This document shows, piece by piece, positions 13,150 to 25,201 of a stretch of 64,000 nucleotides of DNA. Position 1 is the first letter of the stretch; each line of letters begins with the position of its first letter. The DNA is from Octopus sinensis. Its lineage: Eukaryota. The position numbers were made by a program, and so were the translations under genes. The stretch is from the NCBI RefSeq assembly GCF_006345805.1, contig NC_043007.1:41354001-41418000 (forward strand), given 5' to 3'. The notes beneath the pieces were generated by a model. That model was given only the letters and a program-made list of their open reading frames with translations. It was not told the DNA's origin and did not search any database.

Positions 13150-13608
13150 CAGTTCTATATTTAAGAGATAAGGAATTATTTACATTTGACGGATATTTGT
13201 CCTTATCATGTTTGTTAATACAACGTTTCAGCTGATATACCTTCCAGCCTTCATCAGGTGTCTTGGGGAAATTTCGAACCTGGGTTCTCATTCCTAAGGT
13301 ATTTTTCGATGTTATTATTATTATTCAGGTCACTGCCTGGAATTGAACTCGGAATCTTGGGGTTAGTAGCCTGCACTGTTAACCATGGGCATATGGTGTA
13401 GTGGTTAAGAGCGCAGGCTACTAACCCCAAAATTCCAAGTTCGATTCCAGGCAGTGACTTGAATAATAATAATAATGATAACAACAACAACAACATCGAA
13501 AAATACCTTAGGAATGAGAACACCTGATGAAGGCTGGAGGGTATATCAGCTGAGACATTGTATTAACAACAAACAAGATGAGAACAAATATCCATCAAAT
13601 GTAAATAA
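13150..13608. mobile_element. Head-to-head palindromic insert: tRNA-derived head plus hammerhead-bearing Penelope-like tail, 15-bp TSD
   Basis: TSD TGTGAGAAATAAGTA at 13135-13149 and 13609-13623; A-box TGGTGTAGTGG 13394-13404; B-box GTTCGATTCC 13439-13448; CTGATGA core in both arms. Confidence 0.8.
13217..13262 (-). ncRNA. Minimal type I hammerhead ribozyme motif
   Basis: GACAC-CUGAUGA-A-GGCUG(gaagguauau)CAGCU-GAA-ACGU-U-GUAUU. Palindromic stem III; stem I has one mismatch. Confidence 0.65.
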
Positions 13609-14149
13609 TGTGAGAAATAAGTAATTGTACCAACACTATTTTATATAAATAAGGCTTATGTTATTGTTTTGTTTTTAAAAGTTTATAGACAGAATTGACT
13701 CTAAAAAGAAACACCACCACATCCATTGCAGTCTTATGGTAGGGGCCCCACAAGTCTGATAGATTACAATTATGATCTATGTGTGTCTGTTGTGGTTTTT
13801 TATCAATAAATAAATGCTATAGGTCCCAATGCATTGATTTGCCTGCCCAGGGGTGTTTATAATGCTGCTAAGACAGCCTTGACCACAACCTCTCTCTTTT
13901 TATGTATGCGTCTGCTAGAGTCTTGACAAAGACATTTCTTTGGTATTAAGAAACAATTGTGTTACTATGTAATTCCTTCATATTGTTGTGATGCTTCTCA
14001 TCTATAAATATAGCAATTATGATTTTAGGTATGATCAGCATAAATACTTAAAATTTCCTTCCCACATACTCATTCACTAAACTTGTTAAAGTTTGCTGAA
14101 TGAATATATTTGTTTCATTGTTGCTTAACCATTTATATAACCTACCTTA

Positions 14150-14492
14150 TTTCGTTTTTGGATTTGGTTTGCAAGATTCTTTATACGAGTTTGTGTGTTG
14201 AAGCATATTCTGTTGTGTCTGGGGAGAGTCATTTTCTTTTTGTGCTTTATAATTTAACACACTCACCGGTAAAATTTCCACTTATTTTTATTTTCCTAAA
14301 ATTTTCGTTGCGTCTTGCAACCTTTTCAATAGTTTTCAGTTGTCTTTAGTAGTCTTCAAGACTATCAAAAAGGTTGCAAGATGCAACGAAAATTTTAGGA
14401 AAATAAAAATAAGAAATAAGTGGAAATTTTACTGGTGTGTGTGTTAAATTATAAGGCATAAAAAGAAAATTACTCTCCCCAGACACAGCAGA
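14150..14492. mobile_element. Head-to-head palindromic Penelope-like insert with 13-bp TSD
   Basis: Arms 14206-14333 / 14361-14495; direct repeat ATAACCTACCTTA at 14137-14149 and 14493-14505. Confidence 0.8.
14295..14333 (-). ncRNA. Minimal hammerhead-like motif with U3-A8 core variant
   Basis: CUA-UUGAAAA-G-GUUGC(aagac)GCAAC-GAA-AAUU-U-UAG; mirror copy on + at 14361-14399. Confidence 0.55.
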
Positions 14493-16679
14493 ATAACCTA
14501 CCTTAGTGAGTGTGAAAAGTACAAGTTTTTAGGTATACCAAGAGGTAAATATCTTTTAAGATTCACGATTGAATGAACCCAAACAAAAATGATTTTTTAA
14601 CAAATTTATTCTGTAAGGCAACACAAATGAGGTAACACATTGTCTCATGCCTGGGGACTTAATAAGGTCCCACTGTTTGACTATAGTAACTTCAGATTGA
14701 TCTCATCCTCAGAATCAAAACATCCCTGAGGTTGTAATTAATCCATTTGAAGACTGTCAAAGGGACCTTTCCTGTTATTGGTAGCTGGTTTAATCTGTTG
14801 CCCATTATAACACCAATGTTGTTGGCCTGAGAATAGCTTCATTGTTTCTCTGCTCCTGTCTTAGAGGCCCTAAAAAGGACTGAACCTGAAACCATGTGAT
14901 TTGAATGTGAACTTCTTAACCACACACGCAGCCATGCTTATACCAGTTGTGCCTCACTGTTTATTCAGTTTTCTTACAGCTATTGTCATAGATCTTCTGC
15001 TTAGAGTAGGATTAGCAGAGTCTCAAATTGCATTCAGCCTGCTTAACTGCTGTGCAGTCCTCATCATATGTCAAATTTATGTTGTATTTATTTCAGAATT
15101 TAGAAACAAGCCTACTACTACCAGGCACACACGCATATATATCTTTATATATAGCATGTAAACATTACCTGTTAAAGGTAATTTTCTCTTGTGTTTAAAT
15201 GAACACTATTTTATATTGAGAATATGTTGTCTATTGACTTTTTATACATGCTAGGCCACTGGTGGTGAAATTTCTAAAAATATTCACTACCCTATATAAT
15301 TTACGAATACAATTTTAGCATTTTGAAGATTGGTTTGGCATTTTTCACTTATTGCCAACTGAAACTGCACTTGCATGGAGAATTTTGTAAAATTATAACA
15401 TATAATGATGAGACACGTGTTATTTGTCTTTAAATTATGTTAATTGTTATGTCATAGTTACTGATGAGGATTCGCCTAGTAAATTATGTCAAAATTGAAA
15501 TATATCAGTTGTAAAGTCCACACAATCTATTGTAGTTTAACACAGAAAAATCATTTTATATTGATATATATATGACGATGATGATGATATATATATATAG
15601 TTTTACGTTATAGCTACTTTATCTGGGGATTTTTTCCTACAACCCACTCCACCCTTTTGATACCAATCTGCTTGAAATTGACCTTGGATTTATGATACGG
15701 ACTCCCTGTTTTAAAATGATCTTAATTTAAACTTTCTATCTACATTTCATGTCAGTTTAGGTTTCAAATACCAACTTAATGACAAAATTATTTGATTAAA
15801 TTTTTGATTATTTCCAAAATTAATTGAAACAAAGACTGTATTTTAGCAGAAATGTGGTAACAAAAGGGTTAAAGCTACAGAAAATATGCTAGCCTGTATC
15901 TAATACGTTACCTGTTCATAGCATGTCTGTTAATTAGATTCAAATAGAATTTTTCTACTTTAATAATCAGATTCTTAATTTCTTTACTCAATTCAATGCT
16001 GTTTTACCACACAGTCAAGATAAAAACAATTTTTGAAGTCAAATTCTTCTGTGCCCTTCTATATTATGCTTCATTCTTCTACGTTGTTAAATCATATTTC
16101 TGTGGTGTGTTTCAATATTTGCTGTCATTGTACTTGTTAATTCTATACCACCGGATGATTAATTTCTGATATCTCTGTATACTCTATATTTATAGCTTTA
16201 TCAATATTATCAAACTAAAGACAGTGTGTCCTTGGCTACCTTTACACTTAAATGGTTTACAATGTTCTATCACTGACCTATAGATTATTGGTTCAAACCC
16301 ACTACTGGGGTTTCATTTTTTCTGAACTGTACCCCCCTCAGCTGTTTGAAAGAATGTTTCTTGGGTAGATGTACAGCTGTAATAGTTATGGGTAGACTGG
16401 CATTATAGAAAGTGAAAGTATTTTTTGTCTTTAATTGAGGCTATGTGTTTATTGTAATTGCTGCAGTTGGTATTTAGCCCTGAGTCAGCTGTATGATCAA
16501 AGGCATTTTAACTATGATTTTCACATCAGTATAATTGTTTTAAAATGGTAAAGTATGATTTGAGGGTGATTTAGCTGCTATTTCTACCAGATTGAGTGAC
16601 AGTCTAGAGACTCCTTTGTTGAATGGTGTAGTTATTGTCGTTGGGTATCCAAGAGTAACCCCAATCAAGCAGTTCTATT

Positions 16680-17600
16680 ACCTACAGATAGCTGGCTGAG
16701 CGACAAGGTGTGACTTATAATTATAACATATCAGCACTTTGGATTCTGCACAATCCAGAATACAGTGACGGATCATATGGGGTGAAACCTGACAGTCTGA
16801 CCATGTTGTACTCACCACTGTCCAGCCTATTTCTCTCCACTGGCAGATTTTGATTGTAATTACAACAGTGATAGACAAACTGGACTCCAAGTGCAATAGT
16901 TGCTGTTCCTCTGCACTGGTGTGCATCCCAGCATAGTGTTTGATGCCATTGGGTGGATATTTCTTATGTTTTGTTCTGAGTGAGAAAGATAGTGTTTTGA
17001 AGATGTAGTTGAACTCTGAGGTATGATGTATGTGATTGGTGGTCGTTTTTCATGGAAAGACAGGGACTGCAGTTGAAGCTTCTTGAAACAAAATGTGCGC
17101 CTTGCATGAAAATACATGATGGTCTTTCATTTTTAATAGTTTTGTTTTGTAGCTAGTGAATAAGTGGTTTATGTATACTCTGTGAAAATGTATAGTATGT
17201 TATCTTGGTTACAGTGTAGGTTCTTTTGTTTATTGTAAAGAAACTGAGGGCCCAAGGAGATCATTGCTATCATTCATGTTATATTGTTTGTGTAGCATTG
17301 GTTAATTTTTTTACTGAATGTAGTACTTGTAATGTCTAAGTATATTTGTGCATTGTTTTGCTTATTTTACTATGCATTATACACGTTGTGAATGTACTGG
17401 AGGTGTTGTATGTAACCTCTTATAGTTTTTATCTTCTTTTGAGTGTGAGGTCAGTTGTATTTGATGTTCTCTTGTATAGCTGATAAGGAAGATTCAGTGG
17501 GTGCAACTTTAAGTCTGTTGTTGTCTAGCCAGGTTTCGAACTGATTTATGCAGAGTGGAGTTGTTATGCAGCTATCTAGAGAATGGTAGTGAGGTGTATG
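16680..17600 (-). mobile_element. Old, highly degenerate LINE remnant (clade uncertain), interrupted by the CR1 insertion
   Basis: Fragments QFETWLDNNRLKVAPTESS (RT end-like) and DCQVSPHMIRHCILDC (CCHC-like). Confidence 0.4.
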
Positions 17601-17604
17601 ATAC

Positions 17605-18017
17605 CAGAGACGTGCAACCAAACGCATACCCTCCATCAGACACCTACCATATTCTGAGCGCCTTGTTTCCCTGGGCATGGATTCACTGAAGCTCCGGCGT
17701 CTGGCGACGGACTTGGTAAACACCCACAAGGTTATCAACCACCTCACCAACAACAACACTGAACACCTTTTTGATCTCCATGTGTCTAACACACGTGGAC
17801 ATGCCTACAAAGTCAGAAAACAACACAGCTCCCATGACTTTCGGAAACATTTTTTCACGCTCAGAGTTACTGAAGCATGGAATAAACTGCCTGCGTCAGT
17901 TGTTGACTGCCATGACACTGCATCCTTTAAGGCCCTCATGCTTTCCGAAATCCGCCGAAACTACACCTGATTATATATACACTTTAGATGAGTTGTAGTG
18001 CACCTGAGCACTGTACA

Positions 18018-18055
<38 letters not shown>
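17605..18055 (+). mobile_element. CR1 LINE 3' fragment with (ATT)n tail
   Basis: QRRATKRIP...YSERL, LKLRRLATDL, TRGH, RKHFFTLRVTEAWNKLP; tail at about 18019-18055. Confidence 0.88.
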
Positions 18056-18058
<3 letters not shown>

Positions 18059-19248
18059 CCTCTAGATATGAGGTGGTCTGTATGTTTTATAGAGATAATG
18101 AGAGGGTTTTGTAAGTAGAGGTCAAAAATGTTGAGCCAACAGAGGAGCTATCAATGTTCTTACTCAACCAGAAATTGTAACTGAATCTTTCTTAAATACC
18201 ACCCTATTATCCTAAAAATAATAGCAATTGTTGATTGTACTGGTGTTTTTCTTTATTTTTTTTTCATACTATTAATAGATAAGTTAAGGTAAAATTGTAT
18301 TAATGTTTTGTTTCATTTGTTTCAACAGTTTGTGAAAATGCTTTTACTCAGAGGATAATTTACTGGGTGTTGGGGAATTTAATGTTTCCATATCATTAAA
18401 CACCAAAAACCTTGTCTTAAGCAATAGTCAGTATTTTATGTGTATTTTTTTTTTTTTTGCTTGCTTTCCCATTGTCTTTCAAATGTCTCTTATCTCACTT
18501 GTTGTGAATACCTCAACAGAACACTTTTAACCTATAGTCAACAAATGAGCGTGTATAACCTGTGTGATCACTTATTCTGTTGGAAATAGCAACCGAATAT
18601 CTCTCAAATCATAACCTGTCATCTTTACCCTTTTGCTACCAACCCTGCTGAGACTATCCTCGGTTTTTATAATAAAAATCTGTTTTAAAGTGATTTAAAT
18701 TAAAACTTTTCATCAAAATTTCACATTATATAGACGTAGGAGTGGCTGTGTGGTAAGTAGCTTGCTTATCAACCACATGGTTCTGGGTTCAGTCCCATCG
18801 CGTGGCACCTTGGGCTTCTACTATAGCCTCGGGCCAACCAAAGCCTTGTGAGTTATATATGTATGTGTGTGTATATGTTTGTGTGTCTGTGTTTGTTACC
18901 TCAACATCACCTGACAACCGATGCTGGTGTGTTTACGTCCCCATAACTTAGCGGTTCGGCAAAAGAGACCGATAGAATAAGTACTCGGCTTACAAAGAAT
19001 AAGTCCTGGGGTCACTTTGCTTGACTAAAGGCGGTGCTCCAGCATGACCACAGTGAAACAAGTAAAAGAGAGAGAGAGTAAAAGAGTATTAATTTATGTT
19101 TCAAACACTACCTTAATGACAAAATTATTTCACTAAATTCTTTATTTTCAAGATTAATTTAAACAAAGGCAATGCATTTCATTAGAAATATGTGAACAGA
19201 AGTGTTTTAAAAAAGGACAGAACATGAATTATGTAGTCCTAGGTATCT

Positions 19249-19473
19249 TTAACCCTTTAGCATTCAGATTATTCTATCAAATGTAATGCTTATTTATTCA
19301 TATTGTTTTGAATTAATCATGCATTAACTCATAGCTTTAAGAATTCAAATGTGACTGTTTAGTTTTGGAATGACTGTTAGATAGTTGTGAAAAGCCACAT
19401 CTGGTCAGTTTGAACATAAAACAGGTAGAATATTTTGGGCTGTATGTGTCCAGTTTAAATACTAAAGAGTTAA
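19249..19473. mobile_element. piggyBac-type MITE
   Basis: ttaaccctttagcatt ... aatactaaagagttaa. Confidence 0.7.
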
Positions 19474-20510
19474 TATAGTATAGCTAATATAACCATGTAA
19501 TGTTATCTGATATAAACCACAGTGGCAAAGTGTATTCTGAACATTATTTGTCATATGTCAAGTAACACTCCTCTTTTATACATACCATGGTATTGGTTAG
19601 ATGAAATACAATCAACATTAATTATGCATTACACCACTGAAGTAATTAACTTAGTAGATATAAACATGTTGTTTAGCCCCCAGGTCAGTCTTGACTGAGC
19701 AGACTTATTAAAGACACACAACTGGTATACATCCCAGTCTATATAAGATTACATTATCTAAAAAAAACATAGGTCTACTCTCAGATGGTAAGGTGTAATT
19801 TGAAGAATTGGCTGGTATTTCTAGTAAGCCAGTGTAAATATGTTACATTTATGTATTTGTTTTTCAAGATTCTTGAGTTGAAACAAATATTGTTATACTT
19901 GAGAATGATCTAATTGGCAAAATATGATCATCTCCAAGTAAAACAATACAATGTAAATATGCTTGTTTTAAAATAAAATTCTAAATTAATGAAGACATGT
20001 ACTGCACATATACTGCTGTGGCTTTAAACTTTGCCTTGTATCTTTCCAGAGTAATTTGAGAAAATATCTAACCTGAAAGAACTTCAACTTGTCTTATTTG
20101 TTAGCATGAGGGAAGTGACTATAATCAAATATTCTTATAAATATATGAAAATATCAAGACTACAGTAAAACTGGATGATCATGTAAGTACAATGTTATTT
20201 GACAAAACCTTTAGTCTTTAATTTTTTAATTTTTTTTTTGATGACCAGAGCTTCTCTTTTTTTCCTTTCTTTTCCAAGCAAATCCATATACTTTTCATGA
20301 ACAGCACACACAAATGTGCAATGAAAGTAACTTTGTATGGTTGGTGATCCTGTTGAATATGATTGCCAAATCACCCTAAAATAAACTCTAGTATCTTGAC
20401 ACATTGGATAATGTAGTTCTAGATATACAAAGGAAAGGTCACATAATGTCAGTAAGTTTGATTGCTGTGAGCAGAGGAAAGTCTAACATTTTACTTTTTT
20501 TGTCCTTTAG

Positions 20511-20596
20511 GAAAGAATAGAGAAAGGCAAAGATGGCTGTAGGTACACAACAGTCCAACTTAGAAAAATATGAAAGTGTTGTTGTTCAGGAAATAG
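20511..20596 (+). other. Candidate upstream exon of the C6orf120 homolog, with ATG at 20533
   Basis: Branch-point-like CTAAC (20483-20487), T-rich tract and ttttgtcctttAG acceptor, donor AG/GTACAC at 20597. The 64 coding nt splice in frame to the 26971 exon. Confidence 0.5.
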
Positions 20597-20894
20597 GTAC
20601 ACAGTAATCAGGCATAACAACATTCTATGAACTCCTTTTGGTTAATTGATGCTTATATTGTACAAGGTTTCCTACTGGTTAATTTGAATGGCATAGTCAA
20701 AGGAGTAAAGCCAGTATCTCAGTTCTTTTTCAGGGCCTTTAAGACTGATGTAAGTTAACCTTAGACAGAAGACTTGGCTTCAAAATTTACAACAGTGTAG
20801 ACTCCACAAAAAGCATACAAGGAACACATGGAAACTAAAAAATGGCCTCTCCAATGAGCTTCTATACAATTTCCATCTACTAAACCACATTCAT

Positions 20895-21110
20895 AAGGCT
20901 TGGTGAGCCTGAGGCTCTGGTAGGAGACATTTGTCTAAGGTGTTGGTCAACCTGAGGCTATGGTTAGGGCTAGACACTTTTCAACATTGTTGCTTGGCAG
21001 TAGTAGAAAACACTTGTTCAAGGTGTTGGTCACCCTGAGGTTGTGGTAGGAGACATTTGATCAAGATGTTCATTAGCCTGAGGCTGGAGTAGAAAAGACC
21101 TATCCAAGCA
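20895..21110. repeat. Degenerate tandem repeat of about 40 bp derived from a SINE-A segment
   Basis: Four to five copies of ttggtc.acctgaggct.tggtaggagacatttg..caaggtg. Confidence 0.6.
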
Positions 21111-21679
21111 GTATAACAGAATTTGAAACCACTTAACTACAAAGCAGACTTCTGAATTAAGCATTCATGCTTGCGTTCAGTTAAGTGTCTGGACCACATA
21201 ACAAATCCAGTGCCAATCATCAGAATATAGAATCTGCTGACCTCTCTCCTTGTTGTCCACTACCACATCAGCTCTGCTCTCAACACTTATCATCATTGTT
21301 TTAATGGCTATTTTTCCATGCTTGCATGGGTCAGATGGAAATTTGTCGAGGCAGATTTTCTATGGCCGATGTCCTTTCTGCTGGCAAACTACATCTGTTT
21401 CCAAGTTAGGTAATATTTCTCCATAGCTAGATGTATTTACATGGAAGATCGGAAATGAATGACATCACTTGTATGGTGGTGATACTTGTTTATGACTATC
21501 ATAAAGACAAGGAGAGATTAACATACACACTTGCGTGCACATACATGCACACACACATATATGAACACACACACACATATATATATTACTTAATAAATCG
21601 TATAGTATAGACCTGGTAGTTTACTGGTAAAGCATGTTCACTTTCTCAGTGTCTGTTGGGTATTTGATTAATGGAAGAT

Positions 21680-21841
21680 ACGCAAAGAATTTTACATTGA
21701 TGGGATTAAAAAGCTTCTAAATAGATGGAAGGAAGTTGTAGATAATCAAGGAAAGTACATTAATGATTAAATTTCAATTAAATATAACATTTGATCACTT
21801 GTTTTCTTTATTCAAAATTTGGACAGAAATTATGGGATGAC

Positions 21842-21846
<5 letters not shown>
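21680..21846 (+). mobile_element. Mariner 3' end
   Basis: EFYIDGIKKLLNRWKEVVDNQGKYIND* followed by TIR-like aattatgggatgacctgata and TA. Confidence 0.75.
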
Positions 21847-21878
<32 letters not shown>

Positions 21879-22876
21879 TTCTTTCAGTATCCATTTTCCA
21901 AATCCAAGCTTATGCCTAATGTGGTATAAATTTGTCCCACTGCAGGCAGTTTTTTTTATAAGAAAGTACCTAGTCTTATGTGATGAGAGAGCATCACTGC
22001 ACAATTTATCAAAACAATGTACAGGATACACATCAGTGGTCACAGAACTTCCAACCTTCTTTCCATCACTAATACCTTGGTAATTGAGGTTTGTGGGTTG
22101 TTTTTGCCTATAGTAAAGCTTCTGTTCACATCAGTATTTGAAACTAACAAAACACTTGTTAAGCATGCATTGCTCTTCTCTTTATATATCATAAAAGGCA
22201 TGGATGGTACACAGACATTTTTCACTCCTACCATGCCAATATACATGGTTATGTTAAAGTTAAAGAAAATGTAAATATGTTTTGAAAAAATTGGTGAAGG
22301 GCAATAATTTTATGTGTATGTCAACACTTATTGATGCAGGATAAATTTTAGACGAGTAACAAAAGTTATCCATACACCTCACCTCCATCTTGCCATGCTT
22401 TAGAAAGTAAATATAAATACATAATTTTTTTTGAGAGAGATGGATGAAGAAGCGCAATTGATATCAACTTCTCGTCATCACTGTTTTATCTGAACTGTTA
22501 TAATATCAAACGTTCCTGATGTTCTCTTTTACTCTCCAACTGTGTATCTTCAACAAGCACTCTATGATTTTTTATTCAATAATTCCTATAACCTATACCC
22601 TGACTGTTCTGTGCATGCTCATTTATACTAACTAGTATAGTTCACTTAGCCAATCACGGGGTTGTACAGATTCCCCATACAACAGCAGTGTTATATGAAT
22701 GCCAACAGCTATTCATAATTGCATAATAAAGAATCTGAATATACCATTTTGTCTGTGTCATATTGCAAAGCCTTTGCTGGTACTCTTGAGTTGCTACATT
22801 GTTTAACATCCATGTTCCATGCTGGCATGGATTGGAAGGTTTGATAAGGTCCAGTGTGTCCAAGGACTGCATCAGG

Positions 22877-22928
<52 letters not shown>

Positions 22929-22992
22929 ATATATATCTATAAATAAATAAATATGAAACAAAGTGAAGTTGTAAGGTACCGCACAAGTGGAA

Positions 22993-23398
22993 ATATATAT
23001 GAAAGAAGGTTTGAAAATACAATTTTAAAGATGTTTATTCACTTGACCGAATTCACTTTTTTAGAAAAAGATTCTCAAAAGTAAAATGTAAAGCTCTGTA
23101 AAAGCTTTGTTGTGTTAAGTACTGGTTGTCACAAAATATTACAATACATATATATATTCTTTGATAATAATAAGAAAATGTTAATATTTTCTCAAGATAT
23201 TTCTCTGTAAACTGTTTTTGACATTTTATTATTATTATCAAAGAATATACATATGTATTGTAATATTTTGTGACAACCAGTACTTAACATTACAAAGCTT
23301 TACATTTTACTTTTGACAATCTTTTTCTAAAAAGTGAAACCAGTCAAATGAATAAACATCTTTAAAATTGCATTTTCAAACCTTCTTTCATATATATA
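22993..23398. mobile_element. Head-to-head palindromic insert with hammerhead-like motifs (23038-23085 -, 23306-23352 +)
   Basis: About 185-bp arms; consensus of both arms UUUACUU-UUGANAA-u-CUUUU..AAAAG-u-GAAACCGGUC-AAGUGAA. Confidence 0.65.
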
Positions 23399-25201
23399 TA
23401 GGCTCAGATAGCCAATGTGGTCTAGAAATGCGCTTTACAAACCATAGATTTGAGCCTTTAGTACAGCACTTTGGGCAAGTGCTTTCTATTGTAGCCTCTT
23501 CAGGGTTACCAATATCTTATGGATGAAGCGTGATAGATGGAAATTGTATGGAAGTACATCTCATCTATCTATTATCCATCCATCAATCCACCAACCTGTC
23601 TACCTATCATTGCTGTTTGCACCCCAACTACGTGATTTTCAATTCGGTCCTACGGCATAGTACCTTGGGCAAGTGTGTTGTATTGTTGCCCCAGGCCAAC
23701 CAAAGTCTTGCAACTGGATTTGGTTAATGGAAACTAAAAGAAGCCTGTTGTGTATATGCTTCTTTATGTGTGTTTCAGTGTCACCTTGACATTATGTGAC
23801 AATTGTAAATGAATGTCAACATCATACAAGCAATGTTCTTTGTTTCTAGACATCTATGAGAAACATATACAGCAATGGGGAAATATTAATCTTGCATAGA
23901 AACGGGTGTGGGGCTGCTGGCAACCAGCGTTGATAATTAATTTACATAATATCTATTTCTGCTGTTTTGAGTTGGCTTTTATATGAGTTATGGTTTATAT
24001 AGCTGGATAACGTTCCTATCACTGACCACTTTACTATGAAATAGGTAAGTGGAGCTTCTTTTAGTTCAGACAAACTCATGCCATCATATCTGTGTGTTTT
24101 GCAAAGAAACAGCATTAACATACTGGCTCCATCATTAAGGTTTGAACATTTGATCACATGCTCAGTCTTTACTCTTTCCCTCAAACCATTTAATTCATGA
24201 ATTATTTAATTTCTTTCTTTTAAGATTTTCTCAAAGTTGGAAATGATTTGTTCAAGTACAGAGTCCTGCCACACAACATTAGAATAAATATGAACATCAA
24301 TAAGTCAAATAGTAAGTTATTTTTTGCTTTGTCTTGCAATGTTCCTTTTCTTGCCACATTGTTGTTAAGGTGCTGAACTACCAGCTGAAGGGTTAGCGCT
24401 TTGGTTCTCAATCTGTTTGGTGGGGTTGACAAGAGCAAAATGTTGTCACACTTCATGTGGATAGTTATTAAAGACAGTAGGTTGTAAAGATAAAAATTTA
24501 GAGAAAAATATAGAAAAATATTGTTTACCATGTTTTAGTAATCATATTTCATCTTCATCATTATCAACATTTAACATCCGTTTTCCATGGGTTGTTCAGC
24601 TTGACAGGAACTGACAAGGCCAGGGTCCACAGTCTGTTTTGGCTTGGTTTCTATGGCTGGATGCTCTTCCTAATGCCAACCACTTTACAGGATGCACTAG
24701 GTGCTTTTTTTCGTGGCATCATCATCAGTGCTTTCCTTGTGGCACTAGCACCACTGCCTTTTATGTGAGACCTTGGTTTTAGGATTTCAATTGTGTTGTG
24801 GTGGGCGGGTCTTGCACTACATCTCTCAGGCCTCTGTCATCTCCTTCATCATCTTTCGGTCCTCTGTTATATGTATAACAAAATTATGGATGACAGTTCT
24901 ACGAGATGCTCAAATATTACAATAGATTTTCTAAGATCCTAAATTATTTAAAAAATCCTTGGTGTAATCTAGATACTGCATGTTTCACTGTTTGGGACCA
25001 TTGGATTAGAGGTTCATATTCTAAAATTACTATGCTTTATTTGTAATTAAGACATTTAATTGTCAACAGCCCATACCATCCAGTACTTAAGCAAGCACCA
25101 CTACCATCAACTAAGTACCACTGACTGATTGTTTGGTATCCTATCAACTCAACTATATATTGTAATTGGCTGGATATTCAGTCAGGCTAACCAGTATCAG
25201 T

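Noticed and set aside
13387-13460. Functional tRNA gene
   Set aside because: A and B boxes are present, but there is no closing acceptor stem or oligo-T terminator, and it lies inside a TSD-flanked palindromic insert.
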